Assembly (NCBI GenBank): GCA_047967505.1
Contig: CM106538.1
DNA: 64,000 nucleotides
Reading direction: 5' to 3' (one strand)
Source: Dipteris shenzhenensis
Lineage: Eukaryota
Part shown: positions 1 through 14,198 of the stretch, in pieces
Layout: the number at the start of each line of letters is the position of its first letter
Numbering within the stretch: position 1 is the first letter of the stretch
Translations under genes and position numbers: made by a program
The notes under the pieces: generated by a model
Told to the model about the DNA's origin: nothing
Database searches by the model: none
Seen by the model: the letters and a program-made list of their open reading frames with translations, nothing else

Positions 1-328
1 AGCGAAATCTTCCGAGCGTCCGAGCGAAGGAAAAAAAAGCTTCCAACTATGCATAAATATGGCAAAAATCGATCAGAAGAAAACATAGTTTCACTTAGAA
101 ATATGCAAAGTATTATAGCAATGCCTATTTTATACAAAAATCTTTAAGTGAATCTGTAGGAATGGTGAGAGCATAATGGGATGGCTTTTGAAGAAACCCA
201 CATGTAGAGTGGACTTCTCTATGAAAATTCCCTTATGATCCTTCTTACAACTTTTACTTAATAGGGGGTGACATTGAAAACCCTCTCTCAACCTATCTTC
301 ATGAAAGAGTTTCTTCAAAGAAAACTCA

Positions 329-415
329 TTGAAGCAAGCCATCTAGGTAGTTTCGCCAGCGAAACCCCTTTGAAGCAAGTCTCCCAAGGTAGTTTCGCTG
401 GCGAAACTACCTTGG
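329..415. repeat. Two ~41-bp tandem units each carrying a GTAGTTTCGC-nn-GCGAAAC palindrome; possible DNA-transposon subterminal repeats
   Basis: TTGAAGCAAG...GGTAGTTTCGC(CA/TG)GCGAAAC occurs at 329 and 370. 384-415 is CCAAGGTAGTTTCGC-TG-GCGAAACTACCTTGG (15-bp perfect arms). Confidence 0.6.
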
Positions 416-997
416 ACAGCACTTTTAAAAGTGACATAACTTTCATATCCAATGTCCAAATATAGTAATTCAACCACTCAAATTGATTGGAACACCCCAT
501 TTGAGCACATCTATGAAGTTATATTTTGGAAAATCTTCCATATATAGTATTAAATATTACATGTATTTTATGAGAGTGATATATAAGCCCAAGTTAATAC
601 TTATTTATAGTAATTTAAACTTCTTTAAAAACATGTCCATAAATATGCTATAAAAACACTAAAAAGATATTGCCATATGATATAAATGTGTTAATAAGTA
701 ATTATATATGCATAGTATTATTACATTGAGAGTGATTATGAGGAATGTTTCTTAAAGGAATCAACACTTTTTTAAGGTAATAACAGGGGTACAAAGGGAT
801 GTCTCTAAATAAGAAAATTATGTTGTGTAAAAATGAATGAGTGACTAGTCTGTATATTTTTATGATAAAGGGATCTAGTTCTAGTGAAAATAAAAGTGTA
901 AAAACCATGTTTCCTAAAGAAAAACATTTTTAAAAATCTCTTGAAAAACACGCTCGGATAAACCTGCTCATAGGTTTTTGCTCATAAAATTGATGCA

Positions 998-1157
998 TCC
1001 CACTCTCTTCACATGGTATCAGAGCTCAATTCGTGGTACGGAGCTCAAGAAAGCAAACCAAATTCACAGTGTCCTCGAAAGAGGATTAGTGTTGCTTTCC
1101 TTTTTTTCGAGTTTGGGAGCAAATCTCTGCAGGTAGCATAGCCGAAAAGTTTAAGAG
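998..1157 (+). mobile_element. Fragment of copia family A: LTR U5 tip, PBS and start of 5' leader
   Basis: CCCACTCTCTTCACA is followed by TGGTATCAGAGC (1014-1025). The downstream sequence aligns with the leader at 15307-15450 and 34657-34800, and stops where element B begins. Confidence 0.85.
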
Positions 1158-1397
1158 TATTAAGAAAAACAAGAAGAGAGATATAGAAAGCAACCAGCAG
1201 GAGGCAATAGTCTCCTTCGCACACAGCTCATATTCACCCCACACAATACCATTGAACCATTGAACACTACTAAGGTCACACCCATACATAGTAGATAGGA
1301 ACTAACTATGGTTGAGTCAGTGTGACTCACCTTATTCACCTACTCAGACAATAGGAACAATAACAATGAGCTTGATTCCCAACACTCCCCCTCAAGC

Positions 1398-3507
1398 TCA
1401 AATAGGGAGCATAACACCAAGTAGCTCTCTAAAGTATGTAAACTTATCTCTACCCAATGACTTGGTAAATATATCTGCAACCTGATCTTCAATCTTCACA
1501 TGTATGAGATCAATCTTCTTTGATAACACCATCTCTTTGATGAAATGGTAGTGTACCTCAATATGATTAGTTCTAGCATGATAAACCGGATTACTTGCCA
1601 ATTGCACACTACTCATGTTATCACAATAAAGTTTGACTAGTTTTTCCACATGCAGTCCCAAATCTTGCAAAAGCTTCTAAAGCCAACCAATCTCACATGC
1701 AGCCAATGGTGCACCTCTATACTCTACTTCTGTACTAGACAATGCCAATGTGGGTTGCTTTTTACTACTCCAACTCACCGCTACACTACCAAGGCTGAAT
1801 CCATAACCACTAGTGGATCTCCTGTCATAGGCACATCTTGCCCAATCCGCATATGTGTATCCAACCAGTTCTATATCCTTTCCATACTCATAAAAGAGTC
1901 CATACTGATATGTTGCCTTGACATAGCGCATAATCCTCCTCACTACATCCAAGTGAGGCTTCCATGGCTTCTGCATAAACTGAATGAGTCCCACAGCATA
2001 TATTAAATCAGGCCTGGTAATAGTCAAATAAATCAATATTTCAACCATCTACCTATACATGGTAATATCATCAATCTCAGCTCTAGAATCAACCATCATC
2101 TTCAAGTTTTGATCCAAGGCGATATCCATTGGTTTGCAATCCTTCATGCCAAACCTCTCCAGCACATTCAAGGCATATTGTCTCTGCATAAGCCAAATGC
2201 CATCAGGTGTTCTCAACACCTCTATTCCAAGAAAGAACTTCAAGTCCCCTAGATCCTTCATATCAAACTCCATTTTCAGCTTGCTCTTAATTTCAGCAAT
2301 GCCGTCATCATCACTACCAGTTAGAATCAGATCATCAACATAAATCACAATCACAACATATCCAGCAATTATCTTCTTTGTGAACTGTGAATGATCAGCC
2401 TTCCCAACTGCAAAACCAAGCTCCTACAAGTATCTAGTGATCCTTTCATTCCATGCTCTAGGTGCTTGCTTCAACCCATAGAGAGCTTTCTTCAACGTGC
2501 AAACATAGTTGGGATAGTCAGGGTGCACATAACCCTCGGGCTGAACCATATAGACTTCCTCCAACAAGTCACCATTTAGGAAAGTATTCTTGACATCCAT
2601 TTGCTGCAATTTCCAACCATTTGCAGCAGCCAATGCTATGACAATTCTCACAGTTGCCATCTTGGCAACAGGGTTGAAAGTTTCCTCATAATCTAGCCCA
2701 TACTACTTGCATACCCTTTGGCAACCAGCCTTGCTTTATACCTTTCCACTGATCCATCAGACTTGCATTTTACTTTGTAGAACCATTTGCAACCAATAGG
2801 ATTCTTGCCTTTAGGCAACTCCACCAAATCCCAACTCTGATTAGTGGCAAGAGCATCCATCTCCTCATCCATGGCATTCTGCCAATGACCATGTTGCACA
2901 ACCTCACCAAAGATAGTTGTCTCAGTATGTCCCATAACTTTTGTCATATATGCATAATGTTGAGTAGCATAATCACTATAAGTTAACCTCTCAACTGGAT
3001 ATGTGATTCTCTATGACCTTCTCACTAGAGTGCCTGACTCTCCTCCTTCATGAGGAGGTATCTACTTGCTTCCCTTGACTCTAGGTGTAGACACAAATGG
3101 TATAGCCAACTCACTATCCCAACTGTCACTACATGACGAATCATAGCCACAATTTGATGGCCCAGGGACGTCATTTTTAGCCTGCGAAAGCACCTCAACA
3201 ACCTTGTCTTTCCCTTTATCTCTCCCCCTCACTGACATAGCAGTGTCAGTGGAATTACATAACCTGCCAGACCAAGGATTCAATGTAGTAGAACCAGTAG
3301 ATGTAGGCTCAGATATGGATGTACTAATTTGCTAATTTTTATCATATGCATGACCTATAGATGCATCATTTGGAACAACCACTTTCGGCTTGCCATACCA
3401 AGATTCCAGCTCATCAAAAACAACATCTCGACTCACCATAGTCTTCTTGGTCGATGGGTTGTAGCATTTGTATCCCTTCGGTTTCTGTGCATAGCCAATA
3501 AACACAC
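1398..3507 (-). pseudogene. pol: Element B pol 3' part (integrase C-term, RT, RNase H), with stops and frameshifts
   Basis: ORF pieces 2693-2947, 2424-2660, 2049-2354, 1677-2048 and 1398-1670 carry copia RT/RH motifs ([34 protein letters not shown]). Confidence 0.9.
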
Positions 3508-6500
3508 TGTGAAGATAGTGGGAGAGAGGGAAGGAGTCTCACTTGCCGCTTTCTCACATACACAATGGGGGAATGCACACAAAGGTGGAGGCTGAAAATA
3601 GTTTTCCTCTTCTTTGTTGTGAAAGCCAAAAGAACTCTAGTACAAAGAAATAGAAGAACCCTATATGTGGGTCTCAAACCAAACTCAACTAACTAAGGTG
3701 GCATACTAACTGAGCCACGAACTAGTGTAGATAAGGATAGGGCAGTGTACCAACCGCATGTACCAACCGCATCTGTAGCTAACAAGTCAGTGCCATAAAT
3801 GCACAACGGTCACCCTAGCATATCAACACTCCTCCTCGAGCTCAATCCCAATTCCTGCACACCAAGCATGTCTCTGAACTTGCGCAGCTTCTCTGTGCCC
3901 AATGCTTTCGTGAATATGTCAGCTACCTGATCCTCTGTGCTGACATAAACTAGATCAATAAGACCTAGTAAAACCTTCTCCCGCACATAGTGATAATGCA
4001 CCTCAATGTGCTTTGTTCTAGCATGATAGACTGGGTTATTTGCCAAGTGTATACTGCTCATGTTGTCACAATAAATGACAACTGGCCCATACGTAGACTG
4101 ATGCATATCATAGAGTAGCTTATGCAACCAAGCTACCTCACATGCAACCATTGCTGCACCCCTGTACTCAGCCTCTGTGCTTGACAAGGCAATTCTAGGC
4201 TGTTTTTTGCTGCTCCAGGTGACTGCAGCACTCCCAAATGAGAACACATATCCACTGGTAGATCGTCTATCAGAAATACTACCAACCCAATCAGCATCTG
4301 TGTATCCATACAATTGTATCTGAACCCCAGCCTCATAAAATAGTCCATACTGCAACGTGGACTTCACATACTGAGTATGCATCTAGCCGCATCCAAATGC
4401 GGTTTCCTTGGATCCTGCATAAACTGACTTACCAATCCAATAGCATAGCTCAAATCTGGCCTAGTAATAGTCATATAAATCAAACTTCCTACTATGCGTC
4501 TGTACATAGTAGGGTCTTCCAGAGGCTCACCTGCATCTACGCTCACCTTCACATTCTACTCCAAAGGAACCGAAATAAGCTTACAGCCTGTCATCCCATA
4601 TTTGGACAGCATGTCCAATCCATACTACCTCTGCAAGAGCTGTATCCCACTTGGTGATCTAATCACCTCAATGCCCAAGAAATAACGCAGCTCTCCCAAA
4701 TCCTTCATCTCAAACTTCTGCTTCAATAGCATTTTCACATGAAGGATATCTTCATCACTATTACCTGTGATGATCAAATCATCAACATAAATGACAAGCA
4801 GCATAATACCTTTCTCTGTTTTTCTCACATAGAGTGAGAAATGTGCCTTGGAGATCTGAAAGCCAATAGTGACAAGATACTATCCTATCTTGTCAGACCA
4901 TGCTCTAGGCGCTTGCTTCAAGCCATACAAGGCTTTCTTCAACCTGTAAACAAACTCAGGATCAACAACATGAACATAACCTGGTGGCTACTCCAGAAAG
5001 ACTTCTTCTTGCAAATCACCATGCAGGAAGGCATTATTTACATCCATCTGATGTAAAGACCATCCCTTTGATGCAGCCATAGCAATGACTGCTCTTACAG
5101 TTGCCATCCTTGCAACTGGACTAAATGTTTCTTCATAATCAATGCCATATGTCTGTGCATACCCTTTGACAACTAATCTTGCCTTGTATCTGTTCACAGA
5201 ACCATCTGCATTGTGCTTGATCTTATAAACCCACTTACAGCCAATTGCATTCTTGTCTTTAGGCAAAGGCACCAATTCCCATGTAGCATTTGCTTCCAAG
5301 GCATCCATTTCTTCATCCATGGCTTTCTCCCAATTTTCATTTCCCATGGCTTGCTTAAAAGAAGTGGGTTCTGGTTCCTGTATCACTTTGACCATATAGG
5401 CATAGTGAATGGCTGTAAATCCATCATATTTCAGCCTATCCACAAGATACCTAGCTCTAGTAGACCTGGCAAAATAGGCTCACTTCCAGGTGCTCTCAAA
5501 ACATCCCTGGTCTTCCTTACTCCAGGTGTAACAACAGAAGGAATACCCAACTCATCATCAATGCTCTGTTCTGAGCCACTAGATTGACCATCCACATAAG
5601 AGTGACCTGCATTCACATCAAACATGGGCTGATCTACCTTCTCTTTTCCTTTTTGTGATACCTGCGTACCACTATCTGCATTGCTTTGAGGAGATTCTCC
5701 TGATCTCAATCTTCCTATCCATGGCGAAGTATGTGAACCACTGCTAGAGGACACTATAGGTCCACTGATATTTTGTGATTGCTGCTGTGAATTTTGTGTA
5801 GCATTACCATTTTGTGCATCTACATCAATCATCACATTTACTGGTTTATACCAGCTGCTCATCTCATCAAAAACAACATCTCTGCTCGCTGTGAACTTAT
5901 GTGTAGAAGGGTTATAGCATCTATACCCTTTCTGCTGCAGAGAATAACCAATAAAGACACATTTCTCAGCTTTTGGATCCAACTTGGACCTCAACTCATC
6001 TGGCACATGAACATAGGCAATGCAACAAAAAATTTTCAAATGAGAAATGTCTGGTTTCCTACCAGTATACATCTCCTCTAGCATCATGCCATGTATTGCT
6101 ATAGTGGGAGTCCTGTTCATTATGTAAACTGCTGTAGCAACTGCTTCAACCCAATAATAATATGGTAGATCTTTTTCATTTATCATGGCTCGAGATACCT
6201 CTCCAATATGCCTGTTTTTCCTTTCTGCAAGTCCATTTTGCTATGGGTATGACTGCATGAATATTGTTGCTTTATGCCATGCTCCTGCAGGAACCTTGCA
6301 AACTCATTTGAGAGGTACTCTCCCCCTCCATCTGACCTTAGGCATTTTATTTGCAGGCCTGTTTCTTTTTCAACCATAGCTTTAAAAGCTTTGAAATGCC
6401 CAAACACTTCACTTTTCTTTTTCATAAAATGCACCCAAACTTTTCTGCTGTAGTCATCAATAAAAGTGACAAAATAATGACAGCCTCCAATAGATGCAGG

Positions 6501-8995
6501 TTTAGTAGTCCACACATCAGAGTGGATTAACTCCAATGGCTTCTTGCTCTCTTGAACATGCCTAGGAAATGGTTTCCTTGCCTATTTTCCAAATTGACAG
6601 GCTTCACAAACCTTATGCATTTCTACAACCTTGAATTTAGGCAATCCTGCAACTATATTTTGGGCTTGCATTGATTTAAGTCGCTGTATATTAACATGAC
6701 CAATGCGTTTATGCCGGATATCAATATCTGCAACTACACCGGTCCCATGTGCAAACATTGCTGCACTCAATTCAGGCATGTCCGCATCCAGTGTAAACAT
6801 CCTGCCCTTCTTCTTTCCTTTTGCTATCAAGCGACCATTATCCTCAACAAAGCATCCATGAGGATTGATGAATCTGACCTGCAAGCCCTGCTCAACCATT
6901 TGACCAATAGAAACCAGGTTCTTGGTGATGTTCGGGACATGAAATACATCAGACAGTTATTTCTTTTTCCCATCCTGCATAGACAAAGGAATTTTACCAA
7001 TCTGCACAATAGGATGTGATGTGCAGTATGATCACCAATCTCCACAAATCCTAGTTTTTCCATTTTCCTTGCATCATGCATCCATTCTACATGACCTGTC
7101 ATGTGATTTGATGCACCTGAGTCAACATACCATAGATCATTTCATTCTTTTGCACTTGTCACAGAATTGGTCATGTGCTGCACCATAAATAGATGCTCAT
7201 TTCTGTCATCACTCTGTCTACTAGAAGATGCATAATTTCCTTGCTGCAATTTTCCATTCATAATGTCATTCTGCTTTTTGTAGCAGTCTTTAGCCATATG
7301 ACCCATTTTACCACAGTAGTAGCATTCAACATTGTTGTTTGCATTTTGGCCTCTCTGCCATCCACCATGGCCTCTTTGGCTCCCCCTGTCTCTAGAGTTA
7401 CCACGTCCTCCTCCATAAGACTAGTTTTCTTGAGTTTGTTGCATATTCTGATTTCTACCACAGCCTCCAGATCGGCCTCCTCTACCTCTTCTAGCATTTG
7501 AGTAGAAGACAGTTTCTTTTGAAGTTCTGGTTGAAGAAGATGCACCCCCATTTCTCTACTCTTTAGAAATTAGAAGAGCAAACAACTCCTCAAAATCAGG
7601 AAATTTTTCACAGACAGCAATGGATGTTCGGAACTGTGCATAATCCTTTCCTAGACCATTCAAGGTCATAGAAACTAGATCATCATCTTCCACTGGCGAC
7701 CCAATGGAAGCAAGTGCATCTGCAATTTTCTTCATCTTCATGTGGTAGTCATTGATGCTCAATTTTTCTCTTTGCACATTGTGCAACTCGTGCTTGAGCT
7801 ACATTTTCCTGGCTTGCATATTTGTGTTGTACATTTTTGCCAAGGTATCCCATGCCTCCTTTGGCATACTTGCATCCTGAATATGCACAATGATAGAATC
7901 CGAAATACTAATAGAAAGCCAGTACATAACTTTTCTGGCTCTCTCATGCCATCCTTTAAATGCCTGCATTTCCTGTTGATTGGGAACATTAGGAAGAACT
8001 GGTTCCTCTTTATTTCCTATAATGAACTCCCAATAGCCTTTTCCGATAAGGAAATTCGTCATTCTAAACTTCCATGCCTAGAAGTTGTTCTTGTCAAGCT
8101 TTTCAGTGACAATCTGTGAAAGAGAGTCAGACGCCAATATAGAACACTGCAAAAAACATAGCTTTTGCCTCACACGGGCAGATCTGCAAAACTGACGAAA
8201 GTGGTATTTGACCACACAATCACTTCCTAGTGATCATTTTGCATCAACAAGCAACAAGGATGATTCTGCAACTCCCAATATCTCTGCGCACAGGCATATG
8301 ATGCAATTTTTGCAGGAACTTTTCATGGACCAGCATAGCAGTGGTCGCACAGCAAAAACGGGGCCTTTTTTTGAGTGCCTGCAAAGAAATTCCGCCTTCA
8401 AAACGGGCCCCGAAATGGCCTTGAATCCAAAATGGCTTCGCCCTCTCCCGCAGCATATACTGCTCTCTCGCCACACTGCGAAGGGCGTCTCAATCTGAAA
8501 CAGTGCACTCTTGCACTTCCGGCTGTGCTACCTACAGAGATTTGCTCCCAAACTCGAAAAGGAAAGCAACACTGGTCCTCTTACCACAACACCGTGAACT
8601 TGGTTTGCTTTCTTGAGCTCCTTACCATGAACAAGGCTCTGATACCATGTGAAGATAGTGGGAGAGAGGGAAGGAGTCTCACTTGTGGCTTTCTCACATA
8701 CACAATGGGTGAATACACACAAAGGTGGAGGCTGAAAACAGTTTTCCTCTTCTTTGTTGTGAAAGCCAAAAGAACTCTAGTACAAAGAAATAGAAGAACC
8801 CTATAGGTGGGTCTCAAACCAAACTCAACTAAGGTGGCATACTAACGAAGCCACGAACTATTGTAGATAAGGATAGCTATCATCCAGCTATTATTCGTGG
8901 GCGGTGTACCAACCGCATCTGTAGCTAACAAGTCGGTGACATAAATGCACAACGGTCACCCTGGCATATCGCGAGTGGAGCTCGATATCTCAACA
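3508..8995 (-). mobile_element. Ty1/copia family A, copy A1 (full length, disabled), nested in the integrase region of B
   Basis: LTRs 3508-3828 and 8648-8995 (TG...CA). TSD CACAC at 3503-3507 and 8996-9000. PBS complement 8636-8647, PPT complement from 3829. Removing it restores the B frame LDPKVERRVFIGYAQK. Confidence 0.95.
3810..8137 (-). pseudogene. gag-pol: A1 gag-pol polyprotein pseudogene
   Basis: ORF fragments with Gag (WEFIIG...KEAWDTL), CCHC knuckle, integrase (HSDVW, RSDGGGEY), RT (YVDD) and RNase H; several TAG stops and frameshifts. Confidence 0.9.
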
Positions 8996-9000
8996 CACAC

Positions 9001-11234
9001 GTCTTTCAACTTTGGGATCCAACTTCTGTCTCTTTTCATCTGGTATATGCACATATGCCAAATACCAAACACTTTTAAATGACTGACATCAGGCTTCTCT
9101 CGATACAATTTCTCATATGGTGTGAACATATGAATGCCAGCAGTAGCAGTGCGATTCAAAAGCACATACATTGTAGTTGTAAGTGCTCTTGCCCAATAAT
9201 GATCATGTAGGTTATTTTCATTCAACATGGCTCTACCACACAAACCAATCACCCCATTCTTACGTTCAGCCACTCCATTCTGCTATGGTGTATATGGGCA
9301 TGTAAGCTCCCGTCTAATCCCATGATAGGCCAAGAAGTCATCAAATTCATTTGACAGATATTCACCTCCATTATCTGATCTCAAGCATGTGATATATGAC
9401 CCAAAATCCTTTTCAACATGTTGCTTGAAATGCTTGAAGGTAGGAAGGACCTCATCCTTATGTTTCAAAAAATATAGCCATGTATACCGGCTGAAATCAT
9501 CAATAAATGTGACATAATATGATGAACCTCCCATCGAGGTAGTGTGTGCAGGACCCCAAACATCAGAGGGAATCAACTGCAAAGGTCTACTACTCTCCCG
9601 CAGATGCTTAGTGAATGGCAACCTTGATTATTTTCCAAACTGGCATGCAAGACAAACATGCTTTAAAGCAGTATACTTGAATTTTGGTAGGCCAACAACA
9701 ATGCCTTTATGCAACATATTTTTCAGCTTTTGAATATTAATATGACCAATGCATTTGTGCCAAATTTCCAAATCAAAGATAACACCCATACCATGGGTAA
9801 ATATGGTAGCCTTTAGTTCCAGCATGCCTGCATCTAAAGTAAACATTCTTCCTTGCCTTTTCCCTTTTGCAATCAACTTGCAGCCATTACCAAACTCCTC
9901 AATGAAGCATCCATCCTTATTAAACCGGACTTTCAAGTTCTGCTCAGCCATTTGTCCAACAGACAACAAGTTCTTGGTGATCGAAGGCACATGCAACACT
10001 TCACACAGCTTCTTGGTTTGACCATCATGCATCACCAGAGGCACAACACCCTTGTGTGTAATGTCATGCTATGTATCATCTCCTGTGCAAACATAACCAT
10101 GCACACCAGGAGTCATCTCATCAAACCACTCTCCATGTGGTGTCATGTGATTAGATGCTCCCGAATCAATATACCATATATCATCCAAGCCACCATCAGT
10201 AGGCTTATGATCTTGCACATGCGTCATAGCAAATAACTGGTCTACGGGTGTATCATGTGTATGACTTGAAGAAGTGAAATGACCTTGCTCATTTTCCCTT
10301 CCTCTCTAATTCGCTTGTTTCTTGAAGCAAAATCCCTGGTAATATGGCCAATCTTCCCACAGTAATGGCATACCTTATCCTTATTGGGCTGATCCACATG
10401 GTGAGGTGGCTACCAAGCCCCTCTACCTCGTGATCTAGATCTCCCCCTGCCTCAGAGATATCCTCCTCCTCTATGAGGCTGATTTTGATTGCTCCAATTA
10501 TGGGCTTGAGCCTGTGATGTATATCTGACATCACCTCTACCATGAGAGGCACTCTTGCCTCTACCACCTCTACCTCTCTGATTAGAGTAAAAAATAGCAT
10601 CTCTATTTTTGGAGCTACTAGTACTAGTATTCAGCCCAAGGCTCTTCACTTCTTCATGTATCAAAAGAGCAACCAATTCATTCAAATCTGGCATATTCTG
10701 CCTCACAAAAATAGAAGTGTCAAAAGACTTATATTCAGGACCAAGTCTATTCAAAGTGACTGCAACCATGTCATCATCATCCACAGAAGCATCAATAGAA
10801 GCTAATTGATCAGCTATGGTTTTGATTTCAGTCACATACTCCTGTATTGTTCTACCTCGCCTTAACATATTGTTGAACTTTTGCTTCAACTGAATTTTCC
10901 TAGCACTTGTAATTGTGCCATAATATCTTGTCAATGCATTCTTGGGAGACTTGTAGTTCACAATTTTCATAACCATGGCATCTGAAATAGATATTGAGAA
11001 CCAGTGAAGTACCCTCCGTGCTCTTTCCAACCAAGCTTTATGATTCTTAACTTGTTCTGCAGTAGCATTTCTTTCTGGCAAATTAGGCTCTTTCTCATCA
11101 CCTATAACCAAATCCCAATAGCCTTTTCCAATCAAAAAGTTCTCCATTCTAAATCTCCAAATGGGATAATTATGGTAATCTAATTTCTCACCAACAATCT
11201 AAATGATATTATCATACCCACTTGCATTTGCCAT
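9001..11234 (-). pseudogene. gag-pol: Element B gag, protease and integrase N-terminal part
   Basis: ORFs 10452-11147 (copia Gag), 9628-10044 (protease end and HHCC region), 9283-9621 and 8956-9273 (integrase core). Confidence 0.9.
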
Positions 11235-12057
11235 AATTACAAAAAAACATATTCTTGTAACTTTTCACTGTCTTGGACTATCAATATCTTTCACACCTTA
11301 TCTTGGATGCAAATACTGTTAAAGGCAAAAATGTAGCCAGTGCATGGCTCTACAAACTTCTAGTTTAGTGCATATCCAAATTGCTAAAGGATTTTTTGAT
11401 ATCTGCTGCTGAATACAAGCACCTACACACTTTTGACAGCAGTCCGAAAACTTCTAGTTACTAGTTCAATGGATCAACCAAACTCAAAATGCCACTTTGC
11501 TACTATCATTGACAAGGCATACCATCTGTCAAGCTACTTAACATTAACATCCAACCATTGGGCATCCAAATACCATCACATATATCCATGAACATTACAA
11601 TATCGGAAAATTTGACAGTAAGTTGTAGACTGTGACTTTTTTTTATTTTCCCAAGCTCGTGACTTTTGATAGTAAATCGAAATGAACTTGCTTATAGAAG
11701 CAAAATCGGAGCTTGTATACTTGCCTCCAACTTGTCAGTTCAGACCAACATCCAAATCCACACAGTTTGAGAAATGAACAGTCCAGAAAGTGACAATTTG
11801 ATCACTTTTTAACCAAAAAACAGCAGCAGCACTTCGTGTTTGGAGGAACACGGGAGTCCTGGTAGCTCACAGAGAGACTAAGACTCCACAAAAATGATGT
11901 ATGAGGATGTAGCAAACCTTTGGGGTGCTAGAAAAGGAAGAAAGCAAGTCATATATCACTTTTGAAGTCTCCAAAAGCTGTCCAGGAGCAAAAAACGAGA
12001 TCTACAAGATGAAGGTTCTCTTGACTCGATAGGAGATGTAGGAAAGTTTTTTCGAGC

Positions 12058-12153
12058 CACAAACAACCTCTAGAGAGCTGGGCAATGAGGTTTGGAGAGA
12101 CATTTCACAAACAACCTCTAGAGAGCTGGGCGATGAGGTTTAGAGAGACGTTT
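12058..12153. repeat. 48-bp tandem duplication in the leader of element B
   Basis: CACAAACAACCTCTAGAGAGCTGGGC(A/G)ATGAGGTTT(G/A)GAGAGAC at 12058 and 12106. Confidence 0.85.
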
Positions 12154-12361
12154 TTCCTTCTTACTACTGTATATACCTCTTGCTTGGCTCAAACCAAGTA
12201 GTAGTTGTCCAGAAAAAGAGATCAGCTCCATTCTATCACACCCAAATAGTAAAAACAAGTTGTGTTTTGTCAAAATACATCTCCCACGAGCAACCTATGG
12301 GTAATAGCGATCTCCCCTTAGCAACAAGACATTAATTGGACACCTCCCAAGCCAAACAGAA

Positions 12362-13613
12362 CCAAACACCACTTTTCTTTTTCATAAAATACACCCAAAC
12401 TTTTCTGTTGTAGTCATCAATAAAAGTGACAAAATAATGACAACCTCCAAGAGATGCAGTTTTAGTAGTCCACACATCAAAGTGGATTAATTCCAATGGC
12501 CTCTTACTCTCTTGAACATGTCTAGGAAATGGTTTCCTTGCCCCTTTTCCAAATTGACAGGCTTCACATACCTTATGCATTTCTGCAACCTTGAACTTAG
12601 GCAATCCTGCAACAATATTTTGGGCCTAAATTAATTTAAATCGTTGTACATTAACATGACCAATGCATTTATGCCAGATGTCAATCTCTGCAACTACACC
12701 AGTCCCATGTGCAAACATTGCTGCACTCAATTCAGGCATGTCCATATCCAATGTAAACATCCTGCCCTTCTTCTTCCCTTTTCCTATCAAGCGACCTTTA
12801 TTTTTCATATCCTCAACAAACCATCCATGAGGATTAAATCTGACCTGCAAGCCCTGCTCAACCATTTGACCAACAGAAACCAAGTTCTTGGTGATATTCG
12901 GGACATGAAATACATCAGATAGGTATTTCTTTTTCCCATCCTGCATAAACAAAGGAATTTTACCAATCTGCACAATAGGATGTGCAGTATCATCACCAGT
13001 CTCCACAAATCTTGGTCTTTCCATTTTCCTTGCATCCGGCATCCATTCTACATGACCTGTCATGTGGTTTGATGCACCTGAGTCAACATACCACACATCA
13101 TTGCTTTCTTTTGCACTTGTCACAGAATCGGTTATGTGCTGCACCACAAACAAATGCTCATTTCTATCATCACCCTGTCTACTAGAGCATGCATAACTGC
13201 CTTGCTGCAATTTTCCATTCATGATGTCATTCTGCTTTTTGTAGTAGTCTTTCGCCATATGATCCATTTTACCACAATAGTAGCATTCAACATTGCTATT
13301 TGCATTTTGGCCTCTCTGCCATCCACCACGACCTCTTTGGCTCCCCCTAGTTTTCCTCTTCTTTAGTTGTAAAAGCCAAAGGAATCTCTCTTTTTTTAGT
13401 ACAAAAGGAATAGGTGAACCCTATATGTGGGTCTCAAACCAAACTCAGCTAACCTAGGTGCCATACTAAATGAGCCACTAACTAGAGTACAGAAAGATAG
13501 ATGTCATCCAGCTATTATTCATGGGCGGTGTACCAACCACATCTGCAGCTAACAAGTCAGTGACATAAATGCACAACAGTCACCCTGGCATATCACGAGT
13601 GGAGCTCGATGTC
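12362..13613 (-). mobile_element. Deleted family A fragment: partial LTR fused directly to late gag, protease and integrase start
   Basis: 12362-13348 aligns with A1 ~6401-7387 (ORFs 12626-13267 and 12332-12604). At ~13349 it jumps to mid-LTR sequence that ends ~13613 without the terminal TCAACA. Confidence 0.9.
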
Positions 13614-14023
13614 CATGATTTGTGCTTTGCAACTTGCACTTAAACATGTGTTTTACAAGAGGAATGATGGGGATGTGTCAAATAATATTTACAAGAATGA
13701 CACTCCTTGAATACTTCGTACTGTATTAGTTTACACTAGATTTGAATTAGCTTATTATATCTTCATAGTCTCCTTAACAAAGAACACAATCATTTGGGCA
13801 AGCATGGGTCATATCATAATCTGTGACAAAGATAGAGAGCACCATTTGTGCAGCAGAGAGTCTATGGGGAGTTAGCAATGACTTATAATGGAATGATTAC
13901 AAAATGTTTTTAGTGATAGTGCCATGCAAGAGTTTCTCATAGCGATGCATGGAAGCATAATGAAAGAAGAAGTGGACTTATGCAACTTTGTCTTAGTATT
14001 GAGTCCTGTAGAGATTCAAAGAG

Positions 14024-14198
14024 CACCTTCATGAGTTAGTTGAAATATGTTGACAGTCTCTTGAAGAAGTTTCATATGGCAGATTTCAAGATTGCAACCA
14101 CTCCCATGGAACAGTATTTGAAACTTGCAAAAGATTCTAAAAAGCCTACCATTAATGACAAGTACTATCGGCAGCTCATCGGATCTCTTACATATCTA
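14024..14198 (+). mobile_element. Isolated ~175-bp RT fragment of copia family D
   Basis: Aligns with 58654-58828 (KYVDSLLKKFHM.D.KIA.T.ME...YYRQLIGSL.Y). Confidence 0.85.

Larger units (their letters stand above)
1158..12361 (-). mobile_element. Ty1/copia element B, degenerate, 5' LTR missing, interrupted by A1
   Basis: Putative 3' LTR ~1158-1384 with PPT complement CTCCCCCTCAAGC from 1385. Minus-strand domain order is gag (ATG ~11234), protease (WYIDSGASNHMT), integrase (SDVWGP, RSDNGGEY), RT (YVDD), RNase H (DIFTKSL). No PBS or 5' LTR was seen before family A sequence resumes at ~12362. Confidence 0.85.

Noticed and set aside
3414-3677. Recurring short ORFs in LTRs (MRPTYRVLLFLCTRV..., also 8581-8817, 33050-33238) and antisense ORFs over gag-pol
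   Set aside because: These are by-products of repeated LTR or coding sequence with non-ATG starts; there is no independent evidence of coding.
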